A stretch of 57,623 nt of DNA from the IMG/VR virus record IMGVR_UViG_3300048915_000124, positions 1-57,623 of that record. One strand, written 5' to 3'. The position numbers were made by a program, and so were the translations under genes. Below the pieces are notes generated by a model. It had not been told where the DNA came from and did no database searches. It saw only the letters and a list, made by a program, of their open reading frames with translations. Within the stretch, counting starts at the first letter, position 1. Each line of letters opens with the position of its first letter. The DNA comes from a virus. This document shows, one piece after another, positions 17,238 through 26,402 of the stretch.

Positions 17238-18671
17238 ATGGCTGACGTGACCGGTACCGGTGACGGCATGGTGCAGATCGCGTATCTGCACAACGAGCAC
17301 GTCAGCCATTCGTGGCACATCTCGAAGGAGGTACTCCGCGACTACGACTTGGACCGCGCGGTGGTCGACGGCGCTGATCTGGCTCACGCCGTCACCACCG
17401 GCTACCGGATCGCGCGGCGGCCGCTGAACCTGCGCTGCGGGTCGGGGATCGTCGCGCACGTCCGGAACTACGCTGCCCGCCTGTTCCTCGACAAGACGCC
17501 GCACGAGTGGCTGTTGTTCATCGACACGGACATGGGGTTCCAGGCCAACGCCGTACACCGGTTGTTGGAGGCGGCGGACCCGGTGCAGCGGCCGGTGGTG
17601 GGTGCCCTGTGTTTCGCGGCGATGGAAGCCGCGTACGACGGGATGGGCGGGTGGCGCCGCACGATCGTCCCCACCATGTACAAGTTGGGGAAGACCAACG
17701 ACGACGACGCGGACCCGTCGTTCTGCTACTTCGGGGATTACGACGACGACACCGTGACCCCGGTCGCGGGGACGGGCGGGGCGTTCCTGCTGATCCATCG
17801 CAGCGCGTTGGAGAAGTTGCGGGCGGAGCACGGGAACCACTGGTTCGACATGATGTACGACCGGGCCGACGACATCGTCGGTGAGGACATCGCATTCTGC
17901 GGCCGCCTGTTGAAGGCCGGCATCATCCCGCATGTGCACACCGGTGTGAAGACCACCCACCACAAAGAGGTGTGGCTGTCGGAGTTGGACTACGTGATGC
18001 AGAACGCGGTCACGTTGCAGCCGTACCCGGACCTCGTCGTCGCGATCGACATTGAGGAGTCGTTCGAGGCCCTCGCGGCGGGTGAGCACGCCCACGACGG
18101 GATGTGGAAACTGCCCGCGGACTTGGACCGGTACGCGCAGGTCATCGAAGCGACTCGCCCCGAGGTGCTCGTTGAGACGGGGACGCACACGGGCGGGTCA
18201 GCGCGCTGGTTCGCCGACCACGACCTCGACGTGATCACCGTGGATGTCGACGACCCGTTCGAGAAGTTCGGCGGCGAGGCGTACGTGAAGGCTGGGCATC
18301 CCCGGATCACGTTGGTGCGGGGGTCGTCGGTCGACCCGGATGTTGTGGCGCGGGTGTCGGCGCTGGTCGCCGGCCGGCGGTGCATGGTGTCCCTCGACTC
18401 GGATCACAGTGCGGCGCACGTCGCGCGGGAGATCGAGGCGTATGGGCCGCTCGTGTCGCCCGGCTGCTACCTCGTGGTCGAGGACACCCTGTTCGGGTAC
18501 GGGCATGATGTCCGGTCGAAGGACCATGGTCTGCATCCTCGGGCGGGGTCGCCGTTGGATGCGGTGGCCCGGTTCCTGGCGGGGAAGCCGGATTGGTCGC
18601 GGGATGTAGCGATCGAACGGTCGGCGACGATCTCACAAAATCCGGCTGGTTGGTGGGTAAGAGGTGGCTGA
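17238..18671 (+). CDS. fusion protein: GT-A (family-2-like) glycosyltransferase + CmcI/cephalosporin-hydroxylase-like SAM methyltransferase
   Basis: N-half: LLFIDTDMGF (DxD), GTGGAFLLIHRSALEKL, EDIAFCGRL. C-half: LVETGTHTGGSARWFA, VSLDSDHSAAHV, YLVVEDT (CmcI-like). Confidence 0.7.
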   Translation: MADVTGTGDGMVQIAYLHNEHVSHSWHISKEVLRDYDLDRAVVDGADLAHAVTTGYRIARRPLNLRCGSGIVAHVRNYAARLFLDKTPHEWLLFIDTDMGFQANAVHRLLEAADPVQRPVVGALCFAAMEAAYDGMGGWRRTIVPTMYKLGKTNDDDADPSFCYFGDYDDDTVTPVAGTGGAFLLIHRSALEKLRAEHGNHWFDMMYDRADDIVGEDIAFCGRLLKAGIIPHVHTGVKTTHHKEVWLSELDYVMQNAVTLQPYPDLVVAIDIEESFEALAAGEHAHDGMWKLPADLDRYAQVIEATRPEVLVETGTHTGGSARWFADHDLDVITVDVDDPFEKFGGEAYVKAGHPRITLVRGSSVDPDVVARVSALVAGRRCMVSLDSDHSAAHVAREIEAYGPLVSPGCYLVVEDTLFGYGHDVRSKDHGLHPRAGSPLDAVARFLAGKPDWSRDVAIERSATISQNPAGWWVRGG

Positions 18672-18891
18672 GTTGAAGACGGTCGAGGTACGAGTCAAGC
18701 CGCGCATCGACGCTGTAGTCGTGCGGCCCGGTGACACGCTGGTCGTCCGCGTTGCCCCGGATATGACCCCGGAGCAGGCCGCTGAACTCAAAGCGAACCT
18801 GCTGGATCGACTCCCCGGCATCGACGCTGTGATCGTCGGTTCCGATCAGATGTTGGTCTACCGGCCCGACGGGGCTGGCGAGGATGGCTGA
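18664..18891 (+). CDS. hypothetical protein
   Basis: ORF track. Overlaps its neighbours. Somewhat lower G+C. Confidence 0.5.
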   Translation: MAELKTVEVRVKPRIDAVVVRPGDTLVVRVAPDMTPEQAAELKANLLDRLPGIDAVIVGSDQMLVYRPDGAGEDG

Positions 18892-19084
18892 CCTGTTCGC
18901 GGTACGCCGGTTCCTGCGTCCCAATACCTACGTGCCCGGCAGCGCGGACATGACGTTGCACCCCGCCGATGGCGATGTGGTGTTCCCGGTCCCGCGTGAC
19001 GAGGCGACCTATTGGCGGCCGTGGATGCGGCTTGTGGAGGAATCGGCTCGACGTGCGGCGCGAAGGTGGGTGCGTGGTGGCTGA
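18884..19084 (+). CDS. hypothetical protein
   Basis: ORF track. Overlaps the upstream stop. Confidence 0.45.
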   Translation: MADLFAVRRFLRPNTYVPGSADMTLHPADGDVVFPVPRDEATYWRPWMRLVEESARRAARRWVRGG

Positions 19085-19400
19085 CCTCGACGATCTCAAC
19101 GCAACCGATTTACTCGCAGTGCAGCACTTCACTGACGACGACCGTCGGTGGCTTCAAGCGAATCTGGCGCTGGCGGGCATCGGCGCTCTGTTGCCACCTC
19201 CGCCGCACTCGCGGGAGCGGCTGGAATACCTGCGACAACTGGCGCTCGTGCTCACGGAAAAGAATCCATTCACGGTGGCGGACAAAGAGCGTTTCGACTC
19301 CGTGGTTGAGGAGTACGAGGAAACTGCCGCCTACCTGAGACTCCAGTCGGAGATGGACGCAACAAGGAACGCAATCGAGAGGTACCTGGCGCGTGGCTGA
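19077..19400 (+). CDS. hypothetical helical protein (107 aa)
   Basis: GTG at 19077 inside ORF 18969..19400, overlapping the upstream stop. Lower-GC segment. Confidence 0.5.
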   Translation: MADLDDLNATDLLAVQHFTDDDRRWLQANLALAGIGALLPPPPHSRERLEYLRQLALVLTEKNPFTVADKERFDSVVEEYEETAAYLRLQSEMDATRNAIERYLARG

Positions 19401-20109
19401 CCTCGCGATCATCACCCCGTCTCGTGGCCGCCCCGACCGGTTCGCCGAACTGGTCGCGTCGGTCGCCGCGACCGCCGCCGGTGACGTGCAGGTGTGGGTC
19501 GGGCTCGACGACGACGACCCCGCCGACTACCACGACGCGTGCAACGACCCGCCCGGCAACGTGCAGGTCGTCGCGTTCCTGGGCGAACGCCGGTCCCTGT
19601 CGGGGTGGACGAACCATCTCGCCGGGGAGGCCCTCGCCTCCATCGACCCGCCCCGCTATCTCGCGTCGCTGGGTGACGACCACCGCCCGCGCACGCCCGG
19701 CTGGGACCGGACGTTGATCGCCGCGATCGAGGGGCTTGACGGGCCGGGTTTCGCGTACGGGAATGACCTGTTTCAGGGTGCGGCGGTTCCGACGGCGTGG
19801 GTCGCGTCGGCCGTTGCGGTCCGGGCGGTGGGTTGGATGATGCCGCCGACGTGCGCGCACATGTTCGTCGACAACGCGGTTCTCGAACTGGGCCGGGCGG
19901 CTGGCCGGATTGTGTACCGCCCCGACGTGGTGATCGAACATCTCCACCCGGTTGCGGGGAAGGCCCATTGGGACGACTCGTACCGGGCGTCGAACCATCC
20001 GGACCGGTATGCGGCGGACAAGGCGGCGTTCGAGGTGTGGCTGCGTGACGGGCTGGACGCCGACGCTGCCCGGGTCCGCGCGGTGACCTACGCCAAGGCG
20101 GCCCGATGA
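19393..20109 (+). CDS. second glycosyltransferase (GT-A-like)
   Basis: DLAIITPSRGRPDRF (typical GT2 N-terminus), VWVGLDDDDP acidic motif, 238 aa. Confidence 0.6.
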   Translation: MADLAIITPSRGRPDRFAELVASVAATAAGDVQVWVGLDDDDPADYHDACNDPPGNVQVVAFLGERRSLSGWTNHLAGEALASIDPPRYLASLGDDHRPRTPGWDRTLIAAIEGLDGPGFAYGNDLFQGAAVPTAWVASAVAVRAVGWMMPPTCAHMFVDNAVLELGRAAGRIVYRPDVVIEHLHPVAGKAHWDDSYRASNHPDRYAADKAAFEVWLRDGLDADAARVRAVTYAKAAR

Positions 20110-20474
20110 TCCCGCAGACGTTCCGGAAGAAGCCGGTCGAGATTCAGTCCGTGCAGTGGTTCAAGAACGGCGACCACCCAGACGACCACGTGGGCGAACT
20201 GGCAGACGACCCCATCAGCGGCGAGAAGTACGAACGCTTGGAGGGCGCCGTCGTCCGGTTCTTCCGACGCCCCGAACCCGAATACGCGGGCGACAAGGCG
20301 CACGACCGGTGCGGCCACACGTGGCACGACCACGGCTGGATCGACACCCTCGAAGGTGGCCACACCGTGTGCCCTGGCGATTGGGTCATCACGGGAGTCC
20401 AGGGCGAGCGCTACCCGTGTAAGCCGGACATCTTCGAGGCGACGTACGAGCCGGTGGAAGCGGAGCCCCGGTGA
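20106..20474 (+). CDS. PGDYG-domain-like phage protein
   Basis: KKPVEIQSVQW... and IDTLEGGHTVCPGDWVITGVQGERYPCKPDIFEATYEPV fit the PGDYG family pattern. Confidence 0.6.
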   Translation: MIPQTFRKKPVEIQSVQWFKNGDHPDDHVGELADDPISGEKYERLEGAVVRFFRRPEPEYAGDKAHDRCGHTWHDHGWIDTLEGGHTVCPGDWVITGVQGERYPCKPDIFEATYEPVEAEPR

Positions 20475-21355
20475 GCCTGGTCCGGGTTCTGCGGACCGCA
20501 TCGGTGACCCTGACGCACACCTTCACCGTCGACGAGGCCCCGACCGATGCGACCGGCAACGTCACCGCCACCCTGAAACGTCTCGACGGCACCCTCGTCA
20601 ACACGGCGACGGCGAGCCATCCGGGCCAGGCCGGGGTGTACACGTACACCCTGCCGCCGCAAGCCCTGCTCGACATCCTGACGTTGGACTGGTCGTGCAC
20701 GTTGGGCGGGTCGAGCATCCTGTCGGTGCGTGACCAGGTCGAGATTGTCGGCGGGTTCCTGTTCTCCCCGGCGGAGGCGAGAGCGGCGCACAAGCAGTTG
20801 CTCGACAACCATTCGACGTGGCCGACGGTCGGGCTCGCCACGAAAGCGGTGCTCGTCGAGCAGGAGTGTGAACGGATCTGTAGGCAGGCGTTCGTCCCAC
20901 GTTTCGCCCGGGCCGCCCTGTCCGGTACGAACTCCCCGATGGTGGGGATCCCGCAGACGTTCCCCCACACCATGTTGCGCACCCTGCGGGCGGTGTCGGT
21001 GGATGGGGTGGCGTGGGCGGCACCGGATGTGGCGGCGGTTGGCCTGTCCGACACCGGTGTGTTGACCCGCCCGGGTGGGGCGATCTGGCCTGCCGGGTTC
21101 CGGAACATCGTCGTCGAGTACGAACACGGGTGGGACCTGCCACCGGATGAGGGGATCCGCGACGCGGCGATCCTGCGGCTCCGGTCGAGGTTGACGGCGG
21201 CGTCGAGTGGGATTCCGGATCGGGCGCAGTCGTTCAGCGTCGCCGACGGTGGGGTGTACCGGCTGTCGACACCGGGCCCGGACCGCACGGGTATCCCCGA
21301 CGTGGACGCGGTGTACGCCCGGTGGACGCGGCAGCGCCGCACGGCGATCGCGTGA
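20471..21355 (+). CDS. putative head-tail connector/adaptor (large, 294 aa)
   Basis: Called from its position, first after the capsid and glycosylation island and before the neck and tail genes. No catalytic motifs. Confidence 0.4.
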   Translation: MSLVRVLRTASVTLTHTFTVDEAPTDATGNVTATLKRLDGTLVNTATASHPGQAGVYTYTLPPQALLDILTLDWSCTLGGSSILSVRDQVEIVGGFLFSPAEARAAHKQLLDNHSTWPTVGLATKAVLVEQECERICRQAFVPRFARAALSGTNSPMVGIPQTFPHTMLRTLRAVSVDGVAWAAPDVAAVGLSDTGVLTRPGGAIWPAGFRNIVVEYEHGWDLPPDEGIRDAAILRLRSRLTAASSGIPDRAQSFSVADGGVYRLSTPGPDRTGIPDVDAVYARWTRQRRTAIA

Positions 21356-21368
21356 CGGTCGTGCCGCG

Positions 21369-21818
21369 TTGACCACGAACGCGTACGCGGCGAAGCGGTC
21401 CATCTTTGACCGGCTCGCCACGCTGACCGGGCCGGGGCAGCGTCTCGACGGGATCGAGGTCGCCTACAAGTACCCGGGCAAGTACGTCACGACCCGCTGT
21501 ATCTACGGCGGTGGGGTCACGTTCGTCCACGCCGACGCGGCGGTCGACGGCCGCGAGGTCCTCACCCTCGAAACCGCGAACATCATCCTGTGCATCCGGA
21601 TTGTCGAACGCGACTTGGGCGACGACGACGTACGCACCGCCGACGCCGAAGCCGAACGGATCGGCGACATCCTCGGCGAAATCCTCACCGCCGAACCGGG
21701 CATCGCGGGTGGCTCGTCGACCACCACGTTCGCGGGTGGCACCGGCGACCACCAGATCACCGACGACGAGGTCATCACCGTGTTGGCCTACCAGCTCACC
21801 GTCAGTTCCTACCTGTAA
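21369..21818 (+). CDS. putative neck protein
   Basis: TTG at 21369 inside ORF 21207..21818. Called by position. The start is uncertain. Confidence 0.4.
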   Translation: MTTNAYAAKRSIFDRLATLTGPGQRLDGIEVAYKYPGKYVTTRCIYGGGVTFVHADAAVDGREVLTLETANIILCIRIVERDLGDDDVRTADAEAERIGDILGEILTAEPGIAGGSSTTTFAGGTGDHQITDDEVITVLAYQLTVSSYL

Positions 21819-21831
21819 GGAAGGTTGCCCG

Positions 21832-22347
21832 ATGCCACTCGCGAACACAGCCCTGCAGGTGGCGGTCCGCTGTGACCTGTCGTCGGCGCTCGACCTGACC
21901 ACCGCGCAGGCGTCGCTGAACATTCAACGGGGGCAGGCGTTCGACGCCGGCACCGGCGCCGGGCAGGTCGACCGGGTCTTCTCCGACACCCGCACCTTGA
22001 CCGCGTCCTCATCCGAGGATCTGGACCTGGCGGGTGCGCTCACCGACGCGTTGGGTGGGACGACGGTATTCGCCCGGATCAAGGCGATCCTCGTCGCGGC
22101 GGCGGCGGGGAACACCAACAACGTCATCGTCGGTGGCGTCGCGAACGCGTGGGCGACACTCCTGTCGCCCGCCGCGACGGGGCTGATCACCCTGCGGCCG
22201 GGTGCCGGGTTCGCGGCGTGGTGCGGTGGTGCCGACGCGACCGGGTTCGCGATCACCGCCGGCACCGGGGACCTGTTGCACGTCGCGAACTCCGCCGCCG
22301 GCACGTCGGTGACGTACGACGTGGTCGTGATCGGCTGTTCCGCCTGA
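21832..22347 (+). CDS. hypothetical virion protein (171 aa)
   Basis: ATG after AAGGAAGG. Beta-rich Ala/Thr/Gly composition. Sits within the neck gene block. Confidence 0.55.
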   Translation: MPLANTALQVAVRCDLSSALDLTTAQASLNIQRGQAFDAGTGAGQVDRVFSDTRTLTASSSEDLDLAGALTDALGGTTVFARIKAILVAAAAGNTNNVIVGGVANAWATLLSPAATGLITLRPGAGFAAWCGGADATGFAITAGTGDLLHVANSAAGTSVTYDVVVIGCSA

Positions 22348-22643
22348 TGGTCGACGTGACGGTGATTCTCAACGAGGCGGCGATCGCCGCGTTGGGGTCG
22401 ACGCCGGAGGCCCGGGCGGTGCTGATGCAGGCCGGCGAGTTGATCGCCGACGCGGCGAGGGCCCGCGCCCCGTACCGCACCGGCGGCGGCGCCGGGTCGA
22501 TCCATCCGGAGGCGACCGGCGACGACGAGGTCGGCGTCAGTTGGGACGAGTTGCACCACTATATGTATTTCCATGAGGTCGGGGACCGGTACATGCCGGC
22601 CCGCCCGTTCCTCGCACCAGCCGTCGATTACGTGCACTTCTGA
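22347..22643 (+). CDS. HK97 gp10-like head-tail joining / tail completion protein
   Basis: YMYFHEVGDRYMPARPFLAPAV matches the gp10-family signature (FHEFGT..PARPF). ATGA coupling. Confidence 0.7.
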   Translation: MVDVTVILNEAAIAALGSTPEARAVLMQAGELIADAARARAPYRTGGGAGSIHPEATGDDEVGVSWDELHHYMYFHEVGDRYMPARPFLAPAVDYVHF

Positions 22644-22658
22644 GGCCGGAGGTAGGCC

Positions 22659-23201
22659 ATGGGCAACCCACTTACCCTGTCGATTGGGCCGGGGAACCTG
22701 TATCTCGCGGCGTCGTTGTCGACGGTCGAGCCGACGGACCTGGCCGGTGCGTGGCCGTCCGGTTGGCTCGGGCTCGGGTACACCGACGAAGGGTCGGAGA
22801 TCACGGTTGAGACGAAGTACGAGGACATCGAGGTCGCCGAAGAGTTGGACCCGGTCGCGATCATGGCGGTCGCGCGGACGATCAACGTCGCGTTCGCCCT
22901 CGCGGAGATGACCGCGACGAACTTGAAGAGAGTCTTCAACGGCGGGACGATTACCGCCGGGTCCGGGTGTGTCCTGTACGACCCGGTCGCGTTGGGCGCC
23001 GAGGTGTACTGCATGTTGGGGTGGGAGTCGAACGATGTGCAGGAACGCTGGGTCTTCCGGAAGTGCATCCAGACGGACTCGGTGAAGATCGCGCGGAAGA
23101 AGGCACCGAACAAGGCGACCCTGCCGGTGGGGTTCCGGGCGATCAAACCGCCGTCGCTGGGCGCGTTCCGGGCGATCATGGCGTCGCCTGCGAGGGCGTG
23201 A
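22659..23201 (+). CDS. major tail (tube) protein
   Basis: 180 aa, immediately before the chaperone pair and tape measure. LYLAASLSTVEPTDL...GYTDEGSEITVETKYEDIEV is typical of siphoviral tube proteins. Confidence 0.7.
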   Translation: MGNPLTLSIGPGNLYLAASLSTVEPTDLAGAWPSGWLGLGYTDEGSEITVETKYEDIEVAEELDPVAIMAVARTINVAFALAEMTATNLKRVFNGGTITAGSGCVLYDPVALGAEVYCMLGWESNDVQERWVFRKCIQTDSVKIARKKAPNKATLPVGFRAIKPPSLGAFRAIMASPARA

Positions 23202-23662
23202 TGGGCCGCTCGTATACGAGTAAGGGCAAGCCGGTCCCGTTCCGGTTCGACCTCGACGGGGTCGAGTTCGTCGCGGCGCACGGGGTGACGCTCCTCGACA
23301 TGTGCGAGGTGTTGCAGATCTCCGACCTCGACGTGGGTTCGGCCGAGGCCGGCGCGGCGATCGCCACGATCTTCCGGGCGGCGCTCGGCGACGCCGACTA
23401 CGACCGGTTGAAGCGGCACTGCCGCGAGCATGACACCGACCCGGGCACCCTGTTCGAGATCCTCGGGGACTTGGCGGAGCACGTGACGGGCCGCCCTACG
23501 GCGCGGTCCGGGCCATCCTCGCCTGGGCCGCAGAACACGACTGGTACGTCGAGGGACGCCTGGCCGCCGCCGGTGCGGGAGTTGACCGACGACGAGATCA
23601 CAGCGTGGCGGAACCTCGAGTCGGTACCGGAACCAGCCCCGGCCATCCGTACGCCGGACTAG
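23201..23662 (+). CDS. tail assembly chaperone (G-like, frame-0 product)
   Basis: Internal ATG overlapping the tube-gene stop. Acidic 153-aa protein in the slot before the tape measure. Confidence 0.65.
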   Translation: MGRSYTSKGKPVPFRFDLDGVEFVAAHGVTLLDMCEVLQISDLDVGSAEAGAAIATIFRAALGDADYDRLKRHCREHDTDPGTLFEILGDLAEHVTGRPTARSGPSSPGPQNTTGTSRDAWPPPVRELTDDEITAWRNLESVPEPAPAIRTPD

Positions 23663-23871
23663 CCGCGCGGGAAGGTCTGGCCCTGCTGTACGTGTACGCC
23701 GGGGACTGGTTGGCGCGCCGGCAGATCCTCGCCGCGTTGGGTGTGAAGGAGGTCGACGTGCTGGACGTGACCCTGGCGGCGGCCGCCGACTTCGAGCCTG
23801 CCGTCGCACCGGCCCCGGTTGACCGGGCGGCGGAGGTCGCCGCGTTCATCGCCGCCGCCGGGGGGATGTGA
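23440..23871 (+). CDS. -1 frame extension of the tail assembly chaperone (G-T-like product; join 23201..23446 with 23446..23871)
   Basis: The heptamer C_CCG_GGC (23440..23446) fits X_XXY_YYZ in frame 0. The -1 frame opens only 2 codons upstream (stop at 23431..23433). It stays open to 23871, ending at the tape-measure start. From about 23488 the -1 frame has G/C-rich third positions. Confidence 0.45.
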   Translation, partial: PGHPVRDPRGLGGARDGPPYGAVRAILAWAAEHDWYVEGRLAAAGAGVDRRRDHSVAEPRVGTGTSPGHPYAGLAAREGLALLYVYAGDWLARRQILAALGVKEVDVLDVTLAAAADFEPAVAPAPVDRAAEVAAFIAAAGGM

Positions 23872-25526
23872 TGGCCCGCACCATCGGCGAGGCGATCGTC
23901 AAGGTCCGCGGCGACACCTCGGCCCTGTCCGGTGATGTCCGGGCCGGAGCGCACCGCGCCGGGACCGAGGCCGGGTCGTCGATGAAGAAGGCGTTCGCCG
24001 GGGCGATCGCCGGGATCGGTGCCCTGTTCGCGGCGGCGGGGATCGTCGACTTCTTCAAAGACTCGATCGCCGAGCAGCGCGAATCGATCCGGGTCGGGAA
24101 ACTCACCGCCGCCGTGCTCAAGTCGACGGGCGGTGCGGCGAAGGTCACCGCCACGCAGGTCGGGGATCTGGCCACGTCCCTGTCGAACCTGTCCGGCATC
24201 GACGACGAGGTCATCCAGCAGGGCGAGAACGTGCTCCTGACGTTCACGAACATCCGCAACGGCGTCGGCCGGGGCAACGACGTGTTCAACCAGGCCACCA
24301 CCGCCGCCCTGGACCTGTCCGTCGCGATGGGGCAGGACCTGCAATCCAGCGTCGTGCAGGTCGGGAAGGCCCTCAACGACCCGATCAAGGGCATGACCGC
24401 GTTGCAGCGGGTCGGGGTGACGTTCAGCGCCGAACAGAAGAAACAGATCGAGGGGTTCATCAAGTCGAACAACCTGATGGGCGCCCAGAAGGTCATCCTC
24501 GCCGAGTTGAACAAGGAGTTCGGGGGTGCGGCCGCCGCAGCGGCGGACCCGGCGCAGAAGGCGGCGGTGGCGTGGAAGAACTTCGAGGAACAGATCGGCG
24601 GGATCCTGCTGCCGAAGCTCAACGAATTGGCGACGTGGTTCACGACGGTTGGGCTGCCGAAGGTCACCGAGTTTTCCAACCGGCTGGGCACCCTGTTCGA
24701 CAAGGTCGGCCCAGCGGTCAACACGTTCAAGGTCAGCGCGTCGGGCGTGTTCAAGGACTTGGAGTTGCCCGACGCGACAATCGCGAAGATCAAGCTGTTG
24801 GCGGAGTCGTACCTGCCGGAGCTACGCAGCGAGGTCAGCGGGGTCACCGCGACCTTGAAGAGCAACAAGGAAGGGTTCGAGCAGGTCAACGACGCGGTCA
24901 CCCGGATCACGAACCTGTTGGGTCCGTTCGTGGAGATCCTCGGGTCGGCGCGGGGTGGGATGTTCCTGCTGAGTCTGTCGGCGTCGGAACTGGGTGCCAC
25001 GATCGGCGGGCTCGGCCAGTTCTGGACCGAGATGAAGAGCGCCTTTCAGATCGCGTTACAGATCATGTCGGACTCGTTTTTCAACTTCGCGAAGACGTTC
25101 ATCGGCACCGCGGCGGCCACGTTCGGGTGGATCCCCGGGATCGGCCCGAAACTGAAAGAGGCGGCCCGCCAGTTCGAGGCGTTCCAAACCGAGGTCAACA
25201 AGGCGATTGACGGGATCACCGCGGCGAAGACGATCGCGCTGAACGTGCAGTACACGTCGCCGGTGAGCACCGCCGGGGTCAAGTTCACCGGCCCCCGGGT
25301 CGGGTTCTACGCCGAGGGCGGCATGGTGCCCGGCCCGTACGGGGCGCCGCAACTCGCCGTGGTGCACGGCGGTGAGCAGGTCCGCACCCCCGAGCAGCAG
25401 AACGCCCCGATCCGCCTCGACGACTGGACGATCACCCGCCTCGCGCAGGCGTTGTCGACACGGCCGGTGCGGGTCGCGATCGCCGCGCCCGGCTGGGATC
25501 TGGGTGTCGCCGGGATCCTGCCGTGA
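23868..25526 (+). CDS. tape measure protein
   Basis: 552 aa. Hydrophobic N-proximal segment (AFAGAIAGIGALFAAAGIV), TP901-core-like LSNLSGIDDEVIQQGENVLLTFTNI, helical repeats. ATG at 23871 is an alternative start. Confidence 0.8.
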   Translation: MMARTIGEAIVKVRGDTSALSGDVRAGAHRAGTEAGSSMKKAFAGAIAGIGALFAAAGIVDFFKDSIAEQRESIRVGKLTAAVLKSTGGAAKVTATQVGDLATSLSNLSGIDDEVIQQGENVLLTFTNIRNGVGRGNDVFNQATTAALDLSVAMGQDLQSSVVQVGKALNDPIKGMTALQRVGVTFSAEQKKQIEGFIKSNNLMGAQKVILAELNKEFGGAAAAAADPAQKAAVAWKNFEEQIGGILLPKLNELATWFTTVGLPKVTEFSNRLGTLFDKVGPAVNTFKVSASGVFKDLELPDATIAKIKLLAESYLPELRSEVSGVTATLKSNKEGFEQVNDAVTRITNLLGPFVEILGSARGGMFLLSLSASELGATIGGLGQFWTEMKSAFQIALQIMSDSFFNFAKTFIGTAAATFGWIPGIGPKLKEAARQFEAFQTEVNKAIDGITAAKTIALNVQYTSPVSTAGVKFTGPRVGFYAEGGMVPGPYGAPQLAVVHGGEQVRTPEQQNAPIRLDDWTITRLAQALSTRPVRVAIAAPGWDLGVAGILP

Positions 25527-26398
25527 CGAACACCGTCCGCCTCGTCGACGGCGCCACGATCGTGTGGCTGCGTCCCGCCGCGCCGGCCCACACCGACCAG
25601 GTGTTCTGCGCCAGCCACGAGATCACGTTCCCGGCGGCGCAGGTCGTCGACCAGCCCCTCGCCGAGGACGACGGGATCCTCGACGTGACCGCCCGCCACG
25701 GTGGGGCGACGTTCCGGGCGACGCTGGTCATCCGCGACGCCGCGACCACCCGGCATCAGGCTGCCGACCAGTTGCGGGCGATCCTCGCCCCCAGCAAACG
25801 GCCCACCCTGATCGTGCAACGCGACGGCTGGTCGGGGGAACGGCAGGCGGTGGTGCGGGGCGACACGTGGGCGTGTATCACCGACCGGACCGCCGGGGTG
25901 ATCCTCCACGCCACGATCCAGGCGGCGATCCCCGGCGGGGTCCTCGAAGACACGGCCACGCAGACAGCGGTGATCCGCCCGTCGGCGACCTCCGCGACGG
26001 GCCGGACCTACCCGAAGACGTATCCGTGGTCGTACACCCCAGCGAACGCCGGCAGCGTCGCCACGTTGACCTCCGCCGGGAACGTCGCGACGGCGCCGAT
26101 GCTGCGCCTGTACGGGGCGTGCACCGAACCGGTCATCCTGAACGTCACCACCGGTCAACAGATCGAACTGGATGACCTGACCCTCGTCGACGGGCAGTAC
26201 CTCGACATCGACCTCGACGCCCGGACGGTCCTACTCAACGGCGACCCGTCCCTGTCCTACTACGACCGGATCAACTTCGCCACGTCGACGTGGTGGAAGC
26301 TGCAACCCGGCGCGAACATCATCAACGTGGCGGTCGCCACGTCCGACGCGTCCTGCGAACTCGACGTGTCGTGGACCGACCGTTGGATCGGAGGCTGA
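25523..26398 (+). CDS. distal tail protein (Dit-like)
   Basis: 291 aa directly after the tape measure with a GTGA overlap. Beta-rich. Confidence 0.6.
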   Translation: MTNTVRLVDGATIVWLRPAAPAHTDQVFCASHEITFPAAQVVDQPLAEDDGILDVTARHGGATFRATLVIRDAATTRHQAADQLRAILAPSKRPTLIVQRDGWSGERQAVVRGDTWACITDRTAGVILHATIQAAIPGGVLEDTATQTAVIRPSATSATGRTYPKTYPWSYTPANAGSVATLTSAGNVATAPMLRLYGACTEPVILNVTTGQQIELDDLTLVDGQYLDIDLDARTVLLNGDPSLSYYDRINFATSTWWKLQPGANIINVAVATSDASCELDVSWTDRWIGG

Positions 26399-26402
26399 AC
26401 GG

